Source: Iphione sp. A-MEVVRFRX5
Taxonomy: Eukaryota
NCBI GenBank assembly: GCA_976226885.1
Contig: OZ320320.1
Span: 59,458,001-59,522,000 of the forward strand
Reading direction: 5' to 3'
Length of the DNA stretch: 64,000 nucleotides
Part shown: positions 63,721 to 64,000 of the stretch, in pieces
How positions within the stretch are numbered: the stretch's first letter is position 1
How the letters are laid out: each line of letters starts with the position of its first letter
Made by a program: the position numbers and the translations under genes
The notes under the pieces: model-generated
What the model was told of the DNA's origin: nothing
Database searches by the model: none
What the model saw: the letters and a program-made list of their open reading frames with translations, nothing else

Positions 63721-64000
63721 TTGACTTCCTATGTCAGGGTCCGTGAGAGTCGAAAGTGATGTCAGGCCTCGTGGGAAAGCAGACCAATCAATCACGTCCT
63801 GACTTGGAGAAGGGTCCGACAATACATGGGGAGCTATGTTTCGCACAGAAGGTCGAAGAGTGGGGTGGGGGTCGAGAATGTTACTTATAAGAATAAGGTT
63901 TGTTTGGTGAGGGCCGGGTGAGAGGAGAAAGCAACTGCGTGGGTGTAAGGTGGTAAGGGAGGTAAAGTTGAGTCAGCCACACGGCCGAAGGTGATAAACG

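Overview
Eukaryotic, largely non-coding DNA of roughly 40% GC (estimated by eye), with one 140-N gap. Frequent TACATGTA motifs and the repeat repertoire suggest a marine invertebrate such as amphioxus; this is inference only. I found no host gene, RNA gene or CRISPR array I can support, and the supplied ORFs look like chance ORFs or pieces of decayed transposons. The window reads as a transposable-element graveyard. Best-supported structures: (1) a decayed Ty3/Gypsy pol on the minus strand (~16.4-20.5 kb) whose motifs run integrase, then RT, then RNase H, the unusual Gmr1-like order; (2) a 1.33-kb TA-flanked element with 24-bp terminal inverted repeats (TIRs), an inner TIR-like pair and a truncated second copy 28 kb away; (3) an unclassified ~560-bp repeat family, two copies of which form a 4.2-kb inverted-repeat structure; (4) a CR1/L2-type LINE RT relic at 44.2-45.0 kb; (5) weaker AP-endonuclease and DIRS/Ngaro relics, minisatellites, microsatellites and one perfect CTCF-type motif. 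All protein calls come from manual translation against remembered consensus motifs, not database searches. Nothing here can be claimed as a new biological system on sequence alone.
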